Below are positions 51,679-60,928 of a stretch of DNA of 64,000 nucleotides, piece after piece. This DNA is from Thermoplasmatota archaeon (GTDB lineage: Archaea > Thermoplasmatota > Penumbrarchaeia > Penumbrarchaeales > Penumbrarchaeaceae). The notes below the pieces were generated by a model. That model saw nothing but the letters and a program-made list of their open reading frames with translations. It was not told where the DNA came from and made no database searches. The stretch's first letter is position 1, and every line of letters begins with the position of its first letter. The position numbers were made by a program, and so were the translations under genes. The stretch spans positions 32,001-96,000 of the forward strand of contig JARVGK010000002.1 in NCBI GenBank assembly GCA_029762535.1, in the 5' to 3' direction.

Positions 51679-51916
51679 GTTATCACATTCACAGGTAAAT
51701 GTCTGCATTGTTATTTAAATGTGTATGATCCGTAACCCACCCTCACTCCGGTTATTGAAAATTTAAATCGAGAGTTAGCGAGCCATTTAATGTGTGTTAT
51801 GCCTGGTTGCGTAGCAACCGAGTATCTGTTTCTTCTGGTGTTTCGTTAAACGAAGCCAAGCCCGTTTCTGGTGGTTCAGGTTCCACGATTAAAAGGAGGG
51901 GAAAATTAGGATTTTC

Positions 51917-52000
51917 GGATAACGGACGCGGCTAACCGAAGTTCGTGGGGAGAAGGTGCTTTAGCACCCGAAGCCTTAAAATGAGGTCGAGGCTTCGGTT
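51917..52000 (-). mobile_element. Atypical attC-like site (no GTTA arm)
   Basis: TAACGGACGCG start identical to the other sites; partner arm replaced by a ccgaagcct/aggcttcgg hairpin. Confidence 0.5.
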
Positions 52001-52133
52001 CCGAAAATCATCCTGCCGCCGTAGTTTTTTCTTGCTCTGTTTTTATTCATCTTTTCGTTATCCGTCGTGGGGGGTGTTCCGGTATTCTCTATTCTGCTTG
52101 TTTTTTTCCAAAATGCCTCAATACTCGTATGCT

Positions 52134-53542
52134 TCATATAATCTCCCAGCGTCCTTCCTTTCGACCGCCCGTGCGTCTGAGCAAACCATCGGATTGCAGT
52201 TTTTGGATGTTTCGTTCTATTGATCGTTCAGTAACTCCTATAAGAGAAGCCAGTTCAGGAATTGTTATTGTGTCGTTCTTTTCGATCTCCTGCAATATCT
52301 TTCCTGACGTTTTTCCAACGCTTTCCCGACGCTTTCTCTGGCGATTCCTGTATATAAAAGCGGAATCGCGGTAGTGAATACCGGTCCATCCATATACTTT
52401 GGAACGCCGTCGGGCGTGTAATGAGGTAGATACTTCCCGATATTCATCATCCCGGATCCAATTTCTTCCACCCAGCTCAGTTGTGCAAAGAACTTTGCAA
52501 TAACGGGATTCTTGGAGAAGGGCACCACTTTTTCGGGGTCAAGGACTCCCTCGACCCTGTAGTTGCTTGCGTTAGTGGTTTCTACACGATCTTTGTAAAT
52601 TATCAATCGGGCTGGATGGGCGTTCATGTATTCGCGATGCACCAGAAAATTAGCAATAACTTCCCGGAATATCTTATCGCGTAGACTTATCCTAGCGTCT
52701 CCTTCCAGGTAAAATGGGTCTGGAAGATGTTTGGCAATAAAGGCCATGAGCCGGTCGTATGCTTCAATGAGATTGCAATCTATACGGTCGCGGTCGTCAT
52801 AATGGTCCATCTGAACCCGGCGAACCATGGCATCGATCTTGTAATGAGGTAAAACACTCCGTATGGTCTCGTCTTTTCCCAGTAGCAGGATGGCAGCAAG
52901 GGTATAGCCCTCATTCCCGGTTTCCTGATCCTTTCTGAAAAGCCCGGCCTTGAGCAACAGCTGCTCATCGTCCAATTCTCTCCACGGATGATTCGGTCCA
53001 CGGGTTAATATGAGATTACGAAGCCTGGGCAGCATGTCCAAACGCAAATCGTCAAGAGTTGTGGCAGAATAAATTATGTTCTCGGTGTATGTCGCCCGCT
53101 TCCGGTTACTAATCTCCGCGATCCGGTGGGGCTGGGTCACACGGAAATCGCCATCATTGCTTCGGTCGAAGACAACACCGTTGGTTTTATGCACCTAGGA
53201 ACTAGCAGGCACTGAAATATGCATGATCTTCTTTCCATCAAGAACATGTATAACGGGATGGAGGATGAACGGCGGATCCAGCTTTTGAGTATTATTGGAA
53301 AGATTGACCATATCTGTTTTCATCTTATCGATGGATTGCGGATCGATTCCCAATACCCTTCCTTGATCATCAACTCCGAGAAGAATGTCTCCTCCGTCCC
53401 GGTTCAGCATTGCACATATTGTTTCGAATAAACTCGTGGGAAGAGATTTTCTTGCTTCCTTGTATTCTACCCGGATACCCTCGCCCATTGCAAGCAGATG
53501 TTTAAGGCGAATTTGCATCGGGTCACTTTGCATTTTTCTCAT
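52134..53542 (-). pseudogene. AlbA_2 + HATPase_c_4 + wHTH gene with in-frame TAG (53195-53197) and a frameshift near 52320
   Basis: VPASS*VHKT; wHTH (ITIPELASLIGVTERSIERNI...GRWEII) lies in another frame. Confidence 0.8.
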
Positions 53543-53672
53543 CCTCTTTCATCTGTTCTTCCATCATGATCTCGAACTGTCTTGATATGAGCCAACCTTT
53601 CCTTTTACAGTAATCTCTGTATTTATTATAGAGATTTTCATCGAACCTTAAAGTAACGTTCTTTGAAGGCAT
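53523..53672 (-). CDS. 49-aa RHH/CopG-like leader protein, copy B
   Basis: MPSKNVTLRFDENLYNKYRDYCKRKGWLISRQFEIMMEEQMKEDEKNAK. Confidence 0.75.
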   Translation of the reverse strand: MPSKNVTLRFDENLYNKYRDYCKRKGWLISRQFEIMMEEQMKEDEKNAK

Positions 53673-53918
53673 TTTAATCACTCACTGCACATACTTACAA
53701 ATGCATATAAATGCATCATTTTTGTTATATGACACCCCCCCCACGCCCGTTGAGCAAGAAAAATTTGGGTGAGCGGAGCGAACCATTTAACCGGTGTTAT
53801 ACTGGGTTGCGAAGCAATCTGGCACATGTCGTTATTCTCTTTTCGTGTGGGTTAAACGAAGGCGGCAGGAATAGATGATTTTCGCTTGTCTGGCCAATGC
53901 CGGGAGACGAAAAATTTC

Positions 53919-54014
53919 ATTTAACGGACGCGACTATGCGAAGTTGCGTAGCGAAGCGGAGCAATTTGGGTCGAGCGAAGTGCAACGAGCGAGCCGTATA
54001 GTCGCGAGTTATCC
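53919..54014 (-). mobile_element. attC-like site
   Basis: TAACggaCGCGACTAT...ATAGTCGCGaGTTA. Confidence 0.8.
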
Positions 54015-54060
54015 GATCCGAGCTATGCGAGGATGAGCATCTTTGATGCGAACGTCGGGT

Positions 54061-54483
54061 TCAGTGGTTTTTATTAGCTATATTAAAGAGTTCTTTCGTC
54101 GAGAATCTCTTTAATTTGTCCTGTCTATCAAAATCCTTATCTTCAGTCCATATCCCACTTGCCTTAACCGCCAAACCTAAAGCTAGAAAGGGCGTATCTT
54201 TAATATCGATATCTTTCATGATTTCTTCAGCGAGTTCAAGATGATCTATGAATACATCCGATGGAATCAATTCGATTCTCTCGAGAATTGATAATAATAT
54301 GATGTCAAATTCTCTATCGGTTAACTTTGATTTTTCGATTAGGTAATGTCGATATTTTTCTATCTCTGTTATTACGTAATCTGGAGCAATAAAATTGAAC
54401 TCCTCATTGAAGATGATCTTTCTTGTTTGTGAATCTTTGATCAATCCAGCCATGATTCTATTTGAATCTATGACCATCTTCAT
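54061..54483 (-). CDS. vapC: PIN/VapC toxin
   Basis: VIDSN...E...DIKDTPFLALG...WTEDKDF. Confidence 0.85.
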   Translation of the reverse strand: MKMVIDSNRIMAGLIKDSQTRKIIFNEEFNFIAPDYVITEIEKYRHYLIEKSKLTDREFDIILLSILERIELIPSDVFIDHLELAEEIMKDIDIKDTPFLALGLAVKASGIWTEDKDFDRQDKLKRFSTKELFNIANKNH

Positions 54484-54713
54484 GCGGATTGCTTCCTTTT
54501 GTAATGTTTGTAGATGCCTTCTTTGACCTTTTCATCGAGAGCCATGACTTCTTCTTCAGTCAGTTCGCTCTCTTGAGTCAAAGAGTCAAGCAATGCCAAC
54601 TTCTTTGCATAATCGGATATTGCCCTTCTAGCAATCTCGCTCCATCTGATCTCGCTGTGTTGTTTCATGATCACATGAATATCTGAAGGTACCGATAGGG
54701 TTATGTTGGGCAT
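54480..54713 (-). CDS. vapB: RHH antitoxin
   Basis: MPNITLSVP...WSEIARRAI; coupled to the PIN gene. Confidence 0.75.
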   Translation of the reverse strand: MPNITLSVPSDIHVIMKQHSEIRWSEIARRAISDYAKKLALLDSLTQESELTEEEVMALDEKVKEGIYKHYKRKQSA

Positions 54714-54730
54714 ATGATTACCACACAGGC

Positions 54731-54748
54731 ATATGTGATATCACATAT
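54731..54748. promoter_or_regulatory. Perfect 18-bp palindrome, putative antitoxin operator
   Basis: ATATGTGATATCACATAT upstream of the vapB ATG. Confidence 0.55.
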
Positions 54749-54781
54749 TTATTAATTGCCGTAACCACTGAACCCGATGTC

Positions 54782-54877
54782 GGATAACGGACGCGACTAT
54801 GCGAAGTTGCGTAGCGAAGCGGAGCAATTTGGGTCGAGCGAAGTGCAACGAGCGAGCCGTATGAGCGCGAGTTAAGT
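54782..54877 (-). mobile_element. attC-like site
   Basis: Nearly identical to the 53919 site. Confidence 0.8.
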
Positions 54878-54972
54878 TCCCCGAGCCGAAGTTATCCGTA
54901 AGGATAACGTAGGCGAGAGCGCAGCGTGGTCCGGAGTTATCGAAGATAACGACGGAAGTTGACCAGGATCAA

Positions 54973-55143
54973 TTAAGAAAACAATATCAAATATACAATG
55001 AATATCAGTATTATACTAAGGAGAATATAAAAGGGAATACTCTTGCCTTTTTTTGCTAAATAGATTAATAACCCTATAATAGCAAGGATAAATGAAAGAA
55101 GACAACATCCCGGAATTAATAAAAAATATGTTGGCATTCCCAT
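54973..55143 (-). CDS. 56-aa two-TM membrane protein (single-gene cassette)
   Basis: Not in track: MGMPTYFLLIPGCCLLSFILAIIGLLIYLAKKGKSIPFYILLSIILIFIVYLILFS; AGGAG SD; fills the cassette. Confidence 0.65.
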   Translation of the reverse strand: MGMPTYFLLIPGCCLLSFILAIIGLLIYLAKKGKSIPFYILLSIILIFIVYLILFS

Positions 55144-55176
55144 TAATATTCTCCTGTAAAAATGCTGGTCAATTGA

Positions 55177-55272
55177 ACTTAACGGACGCGACTATGCGAA
55201 GTTTGCGAACGTAGTGAGCAAATTTGGGTGAGGGGCGGGCCGAGCCCCGAACCGCATAGTGGCGTGTTATTC
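55177..55272 (-). mobile_element. attC-like site
   Basis: TAACggacgcgACTATGCG...CGCATAGTggcgtGTTA. Confidence 0.8.
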
Positions 55273-55344
55273 GCCCCGAGCCGTAGGCGAGAGCGCAGCG
55301 TGGTCCGAAGTTATCCGAAGGATAACGAAGGAAGTTGAGGGGGT

Positions 55345-55743
55345 CTAATGCCCGGATAAGAATTCGGAAGATTGAATGATCCTCACGCTATCATATTGCT
55401 TGATCTTCAGTAAATGATTATCTCCCGAAATGATATATTCAGCCTTTCCTAAAATTGCTGTTTCCAAGACCATGTTATCCTTTGGATCATCTTCGATGAC
55501 ATATAGAGAATCTGTTATGAAAACGAGATCAGACATCAAGATCAAACTTTGAATGAAAGCATGGATCTTATCATCCGGGACATGGAACTTTTTTCGAAGA
55601 ACCATCTCAGTTTCTGAAAGAATCTGTTCGGAGGTGACAGATCTTATTTTTCCTGACTTGCATCTTGTCAATAATGACCTTTCATTCCCATTCCAGAAAA
55701 AGCCAGAGATGAGAATGTTCGAATCAAGGACTATCCGGACCAA
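55345..55743 (-). CDS. PIN-family toxin
   Basis: VLDSNILISG...DDPKDNMVLETA...IISGDNHLL. Confidence 0.85.
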   Translation of the reverse strand: MVRIVLDSNILISGFFWNGNERSLLTRCKSGKIRSVTSEQILSETEMVLRKKFHVPDDKIHAFIQSLILMSDLVFITDSLYVIEDDPKDNMVLETAILGKAEYIISGDNHLLKIKQYDSVRIIQSSEFLSGH

Positions 55744-55746
55744 AGA

Positions 55747-56013
55747 TCAATTCTCCTTGGATCTGATTTCCTTTATTGCTTTAAGTACATCTGATTTCTT
55801 TAACATCTTCTCCTTGGCGAAATCACTTCCCCAATGGAGAAGATTTTGGAAATCCTCATCGGTGGGGATGTCGATCTTTTTCAGGACTATCGTTTCGTTC
55901 TCTCCATACATGGCAAAGAACTCACCGGGTTTGAATCCGAGGAGTTCGCGAAGGTCTTTCGGTATCACGATCTGCCCTTTGGAGGAGAGCCTTGTGATGG
56001 TTACTTCGGACAT
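55747..56013 (-). CDS. AbrB/MazE/SpoVT antitoxin
   Basis: LSSKGQIVIPKDLRELLG; operator-like IR AGTAAGA-CCA-TCTTACT at 56021-56037. Confidence 0.85.
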   Translation of the reverse strand: MSEVTITRLSSKGQIVIPKDLRELLGFKPGEFFAMYGENETIVLKKIDIPTDEDFQNLLHWGSDFAKEKMLKKSDVLKAIKEIRSKEN

Positions 56014-56089
56014 GGTAATAAGTAAGACCATCTTACTATTTCATTTTTTCGGGTACTTGTAGACGATCACATTAAACCCCCGAAATTGC

Positions 56090-56180
56090 GAATAACGTCC
56101 TGGGGATATGGGAAGTTGGCCGAAGGCCAATTTGGGTGAAGGGTCTGCAAGACCCGTAACCTCATATCCCCATGTTATCT
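56090..56180 (-). mobile_element. attC-like site
   Basis: TAACgtccTGGGGATATG...CATATCCCCAtGTTA: a different arm sequence with pairing retained. Confidence 0.8.
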
Positions 56181-56322
56181 TCCCCGAGCGATAGCGAGAG
56201 TGCAACGGGGTCGAGGCACGAAGTGCCGAAGAAGTTTGAAACCCTGCCGTAAATTCCGTTGTTGCCGTAGTTTTTTCTTACTCTATTCATCGTTCACGTT
56301 CTCCGTGGGGGTGTTCCGTTTA

Positions 56323-58920
56323 TCATGCTTTCAACTCTAATTTTTCATTAAATGCTCCAATGAAATTTGTTTTCAGATCTTCATTGTAGAATGGAAGCCC
56401 GATAATTTTGTATTTCGTATTTTCTGCCAGTATCTCGATTTGATAATTTCCTTCAATGTTTGTTAGGAATTGCTGTTTCCAGTCATCTTTTTCAAGTAAG
56501 TGACTTCCTTTCGGTTCGATGAAAACCTGGTAATAGAGAATTTGTTTGGTTTTTTTCTCTTTTAAGAATAGGACAAAATCTGGTTCAAGAGAATTTCCAT
56601 CTGAAAAGCGATAAAGCTGGAAAATTTTCTGGTTTCTAAGTAGATATATATCTGAATATCTTTTTTGTAATTTATCAATTGCATCGTTTATGAATCTTAC
56701 AAAGTATTTCTCTTCTGATGTTCCATAATTTTCTTCATATACATACCAGTCCTTGTTTTTTAGGTCTAATCGTAAATCTAGTTTTAGAGTTTCACTCATC
56801 CCAATACCGATTTCTTTGTCAGATGTGTCATTTACTGCGATATTGATTATTTTGTCTTCTACTAAATCTTTAATTTTGCTTGCTTTGAATAATATAGTCC
56901 CGACATATTCAGTATAACCAGATTCGATATTGCTTTGAAGTTTCTTCAAAACCTCTGTACATATTTCCAGTTTATCATCACAATTGAGTGAATCTAATTT
57001 TGTAATTGAAGTCGTTACCTCTACCTGAACATCTTTTAAAGCTTCAATGAACTTGCTGATAGATTTTGATTTAGGGAAATATTTTTTCAGGTTATTAAAT
57101 TTGTAAAAATCCAACCTGGTTAGAGATTTTCGCATAATTTGAATTCCGAAGTCGTTCAGTTTAAAAATCTTTGATCTTTTCTCTTCAACATCTTTCTTCT
57201 TTTCCCCGTTGAATATAGTAGAATCTCTAACATATCCTGTTCTGAGACCAATTTTATACAATTTATCGATGTCCAAATCTGATATATCCTTGATTTTAGT
57301 TCTATCTGATTTTTTCTTTTCGTTGATGAATATCAGGCCATTAGACCAAAAATCTGATTTCTTAAACCCATCTTTGACTTTCAAATGGATTTCTCGCTTT
57401 TCCGGTGGCATGATGCCAGATTCCACCAAAGCTGTAGTCAATTCTTGAATGTATCTTGGGTTATGGGCACTGTGGTAATAAAGCTCTTCAAGAATTTTCA
57501 ACTCGTTGTTTGGTTCCTCATCGTATTTTCTCTTGAATCGCTCCTGTTCATCTGTTATTGTGAAAGGAAAATATCTAGCGCCTCTCCCGATAAGTTGGGC
57601 TTCTGCGATGGTCGTTTTACCAGGCTTCCCTGCTTTTGCATCTCTAGTATCATAAAGTCTTACAATGTCAAATAGATTGAGAACATCCCAACCTTCGTTA
57701 AGCATACCGACTGCAAAAACAACCCGAATTTCGTTATCTTTATCCTCAAGCGAATTAACTAGTAACTGTTTCTTTTCACTCTCACTTTTAGAATTGACTG
57801 ATAAACACTTATTCTCATGAAATTCTTCTTTAATCTCTGATACCAAATTCTCCAATGTAATGTCATTTTCTTCAAAATAATTAAAAGCCGTATTAAGAAT
57901 CGATTTTTGTTCAACATTGTTTTTTATTTTTGATATGTCGCTAATTTTCAAGGATTTGATCTTTTTCTTAAATTCATCTTCAATAGTGGTAGATTCATCA
58001 ATGGTTCTGGATTTCAACAGGATTACTGGCTTAATAAATTTCTTATGCTTTTCTGCAATCTTTCGTCTATATTGACTTAGGATGACTGACTGTAATGTCC
58101 TTTCTATTGGCTTTAAATCTGCCTCCATCACTTTGACTTCCTTTGAATACCCGTCTAATCTAAACTGTTTTAATGAGTAATCATAGATTATTTTACTATC
58201 GTATTTATCTCTAATTGCTGGATGACTCAAATCAACGGTGGCGGTATACTCCAGCATGATATTTCCCAGGTTTGAATTGAAGATATTATTTACGGTATGT
58301 TCCCAGGTAGTTTTGGCTAATTTTTCTTCCTTACCCAATTTATTCTTTGTCCAAGCATTGATATGGTGGGCTTCATCGGAAATGATTACGATTTTTTTAT
58401 CCTTGAAGTCCTCGTAAGTCATGCTGTTCTCGCGCGGGGTATTCATGAAACAGTGAAGCCCCTGGATTGTGGTAAAATGGATATTGATCGCATCAGGGTT
58501 AGCACCCTCGAAATTTTCTACCGGACTAATGAAAACCTCTTTTTCTCCAAATTTTATGTGTTCGTTGAACAGATATTTTGATGAAAGTAGATTTAAGAAA
58601 TTATCTTTAGTCTTTTCTATGATGTTGGTACTATTCACAAAGAAAAGAAAATTCCGATAACCTTTCTCATAAAGATAGAGAATATTGGCGGCCATCAATA
58701 ATGTTTTTCCGCTTCCAGTGGCCATGTGAAACAGCAATTGCGTTGGTTTGATTCTCCTTTTATCTTTTTCATAATTATAAATGAATCTGCGTATAGCTTC
58801 CAGTTGATATTCTCTCAATTCAAACAAATGATTCAGATTATTTGTAATATTGTCTGGAATCTCAGTACCCAGCAAGCCCTGTTCTGAAAGAACATCATAC
58901 GTTTCCTTCAAAGTGGGCAT
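56323..58920 (-). CDS. res: Type III restriction endonuclease subunit
   Basis: MATGSGKT, DEAH, EGWDV, Q.IGRG.R, C-terminal PDF...IEPKG. Confidence 0.9.
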   Translation of the reverse strand: MPTLKETYDVLSEQGLLGTEIPDNITNNLNHLFELREYQLEAIRRFIYNYEKDKRRIKPTQLLFHMATGSGKTLLMAANILYLYEKGYRNFLFFVNSTNIIEKTKDNFLNLLSSKYLFNEHIKFGEKEVFISPVENFEGANPDAINIHFTTIQGLHCFMNTPRENSMTYEDFKDKKIVIISDEAHHINAWTKNKLGKEEKLAKTTWEHTVNNIFNSNLGNIMLEYTATVDLSHPAIRDKYDSKIIYDYSLKQFRLDGYSKEVKVMEADLKPIERTLQSVILSQYRRKIAEKHKKFIKPVILLKSRTIDESTTIEDEFKKKIKSLKISDISKIKNNVEQKSILNTAFNYFEENDITLENLVSEIKEEFHENKCLSVNSKSESEKKQLLVNSLEDKDNEIRVVFAVGMLNEGWDVLNLFDIVRLYDTRDAKAGKPGKTTIAEAQLIGRGARYFPFTITDEQERFKRKYDEEPNNELKILEELYYHSAHNPRYIQELTTALVESGIMPPEKREIHLKVKDGFKKSDFWSNGLIFINEKKKSDRTKIKDISDLDIDKLYKIGLRTGYVRDSTIFNGEKKKDVEEKRSKIFKLNDFGIQIMRKSLTRLDFYKFNNLKKYFPKSKSISKFIEALKDVQVEVTTSITKLDSLNCDDKLEICTEVLKKLQSNIESGYTEYVGTILFKASKIKDLVEDKIINIAVNDTSDKEIGIGMSETLKLDLRLDLKNKDWYVYEENYGTSEEKYFVRFINDAIDKLQKRYSDIYLLRNQKIFQLYRFSDGNSLEPDFVLFLKEKKTKQILYYQVFIEPKGSHLLEKDDWKQQFLTNIEGNYQIEILAENTKYKIIGLPFYNEDLKTNFIGAFNEKLELKA

Positions 58921-58921
58921 G

Positions 58922-60928
58922 TTATAACACTCCGTAGAAGCGTTTGTTTATTTCTTTGTCCTCGTCTGATACGCCATAATCCTCGTCATCAATTTCGTTG
59001 AAATTAACATAAAGCTGATTTTTATCCAGACACTCAATTAGGAATGCCTTTTGGTTCTCCAAGTCCAAGTCCTTGAAATCTTGAGCATTTTCATCGAATT
59101 GCTTCGGATCTATTCTGTAACTAAGGAAAGCTTCTTTTTTCATCTTATCCCATATTGCCAATAAATCTTTTATTGTCTTTGCTTCTTGAATTTTATCCAT
59201 ATAGGATTCATTCCATTTCATCAGTTCACAATAAATAAATTCACCACCACCTTCCCACTTTACATATTTTGAGATACCAGATTGATCATAATTTTCAATT
59301 TTCTCTATTAATTTACCCTTTGAGTTTGCATTTCCGATAACATTTTTTAATCTCATAAGCGAATCATTTTTACCATAATCCAATTGTTCTATGCCGAGAT
59401 ATTTTCTACCCAACTTATGCGCAACTGCACATGTTGTACCACTACCTAAGAAGAAATCCAAAACAATATCTCCCTTATCAGTTCCCATTTCAATTATTCT
59501 CCTTAAAAGTTTTTCTGGTTTTTTACCACGTTTTAATTTAACATTACCTTCATTAGCAATTCCTTCCCAAGGTATATCCGTCCATATATTTGATAATAAA
59601 TTTGTTGGAACGAGATTACCATCAATGTTTCTAACCTTGTTATTATAAAAAGTAATTTCTTTTCCATTTAAGATATATCTATCAGTTAAATTATCTCTTC
59701 GATTAACAAATACTTTATCCAGATTCTTCAAAGATTCTTCCTTTATGTCTAATGTTTCCTTTCCAGCATCAATGTTTATTTCTGTAAATCGAAAGACTCT
59801 TTCCTTATTATTCAAGGCATAGTCCGCTAATTCAGATAAAGTACGATTTGTTCCTAATTCTTTTTTTAAATATCGACTATTTTTAACCTTAAACTTTTCC
59901 GCAATAATATCTTTAATATTTGAATAAGTCCAATTTGATGGGTTTTCTTCAATATTGTCTATCTGAAATGAATAATTTTCATCATAATTAGTTTCTTCGT
60001 ATTGAGTGATGTACTTCCACAACTTTTTAGACTTTGCATAAATTAATATATATTCGGCACTTTCAAAAACTCCCAAATTTACAGTTTTAAAACCAGACGG
60101 AGATCGAGTTTTTATACTAATAAGATTAATGAAATTATTATCAAATATTTCATCTAGTAATATTCTTAATCTGGATACATGAATGTCGCTAATTTGAATG
60201 AAAATGGCCCCATCCTTACATAGTAATTCTCGTGCAATTTCTAATCTGTTTTTCATAAATGTAAGCCATGTTGAGTAGTTAAAACTATCATTATACTGAA
60301 ACTCATCATTCCCTGTATTGTAGGGAGGGTCAATGTAAATTAATTTAATTTTTCCAGCATATCTTTTTTTCAATGAATGCAAAGCAAGGAGATTATTACC
60401 TTTAATCATGATATTATCTGTTGTTTTAATTTCTTCTATGTTATGCTCTCCTTTTGCATCAATCCGTTTTAAACCAGTCAATACTTTAGGATCGAATAAT
60501 CTGTCAATCTCATCAGGAGCAAGAATTTCATTCCAAAATATTTCTTTGCGATTTTTTTCTTCGGGATCTTCCATTCCGCCTTCCAAAACGCAATCTTTGT
60601 ATGGCCAGGATAGAACCACTTCACTACTTTTTGTTAGGTATTCGTTTTGTGTTGTAAGTCCAATCTTGTTTTTGAAAGTGGTGTACGAATCTGGTAAGAA
60701 TTCTTTGTTATCAACGAATTTCATGAATTTTTCTTTGTCAAAAATGATTGCTTTATTTACAATTTTAAAGAAATGCACTTTTAATTTTTCGTTTTCAAGA
60801 AGGAGGGAAATCAGCTCATCATCGAGTTTAAGACCAAGTTCGATTATTTTATTTTTCAATAATTTATCATCTGAAACTAAACGTTCATCCTTTTTTAATG
60901 TGTCAATCATTTCATCAATTAACGTCAT
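58922..60928 (-). CDS. mod: Type III R-M methyltransferase
   Basis: IYIDPPY, KKPEKLL, DFFLGSGTT (beta class), adjacent to res. Confidence 0.9.
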   Translation of the reverse strand: MTLIDEMIDTLKKDERLVSDDKLLKNKIIELGLKLDDELISLLLENEKLKVHFFKIVNKAIIFDKEKFMKFVDNKEFLPDSYTTFKNKIGLTTQNEYLTKSSEVVLSWPYKDCVLEGGMEDPEEKNRKEIFWNEILAPDEIDRLFDPKVLTGLKRIDAKGEHNIEEIKTTDNIMIKGNNLLALHSLKKRYAGKIKLIYIDPPYNTGNDEFQYNDSFNYSTWLTFMKNRLEIARELLCKDGAIFIQISDIHVSRLRILLDEIFDNNFINLISIKTRSPSGFKTVNLGVFESAEYILIYAKSKKLWKYITQYEETNYDENYSFQIDNIEENPSNWTYSNIKDIIAEKFKVKNSRYLKKELGTNRTLSELADYALNNKERVFRFTEINIDAGKETLDIKEESLKNLDKVFVNRRDNLTDRYILNGKEITFYNNKVRNIDGNLVPTNLLSNIWTDIPWEGIANEGNVKLKRGKKPEKLLRRIIEMGTDKGDIVLDFFLGSGTTCAVAHKLGRKYLGIEQLDYGKNDSLMRLKNVIGNANSKGKLIEKIENYDQSGISKYVKWEGGGEFIYCELMKWNESYMDKIQEAKTIKDLLAIWDKMKKEAFLSYRIDPKQFDENAQDFKDLDLENQKAFLIECLDKNQLYVNFNEIDDEDYGVSDEDKEINKRFYGVL

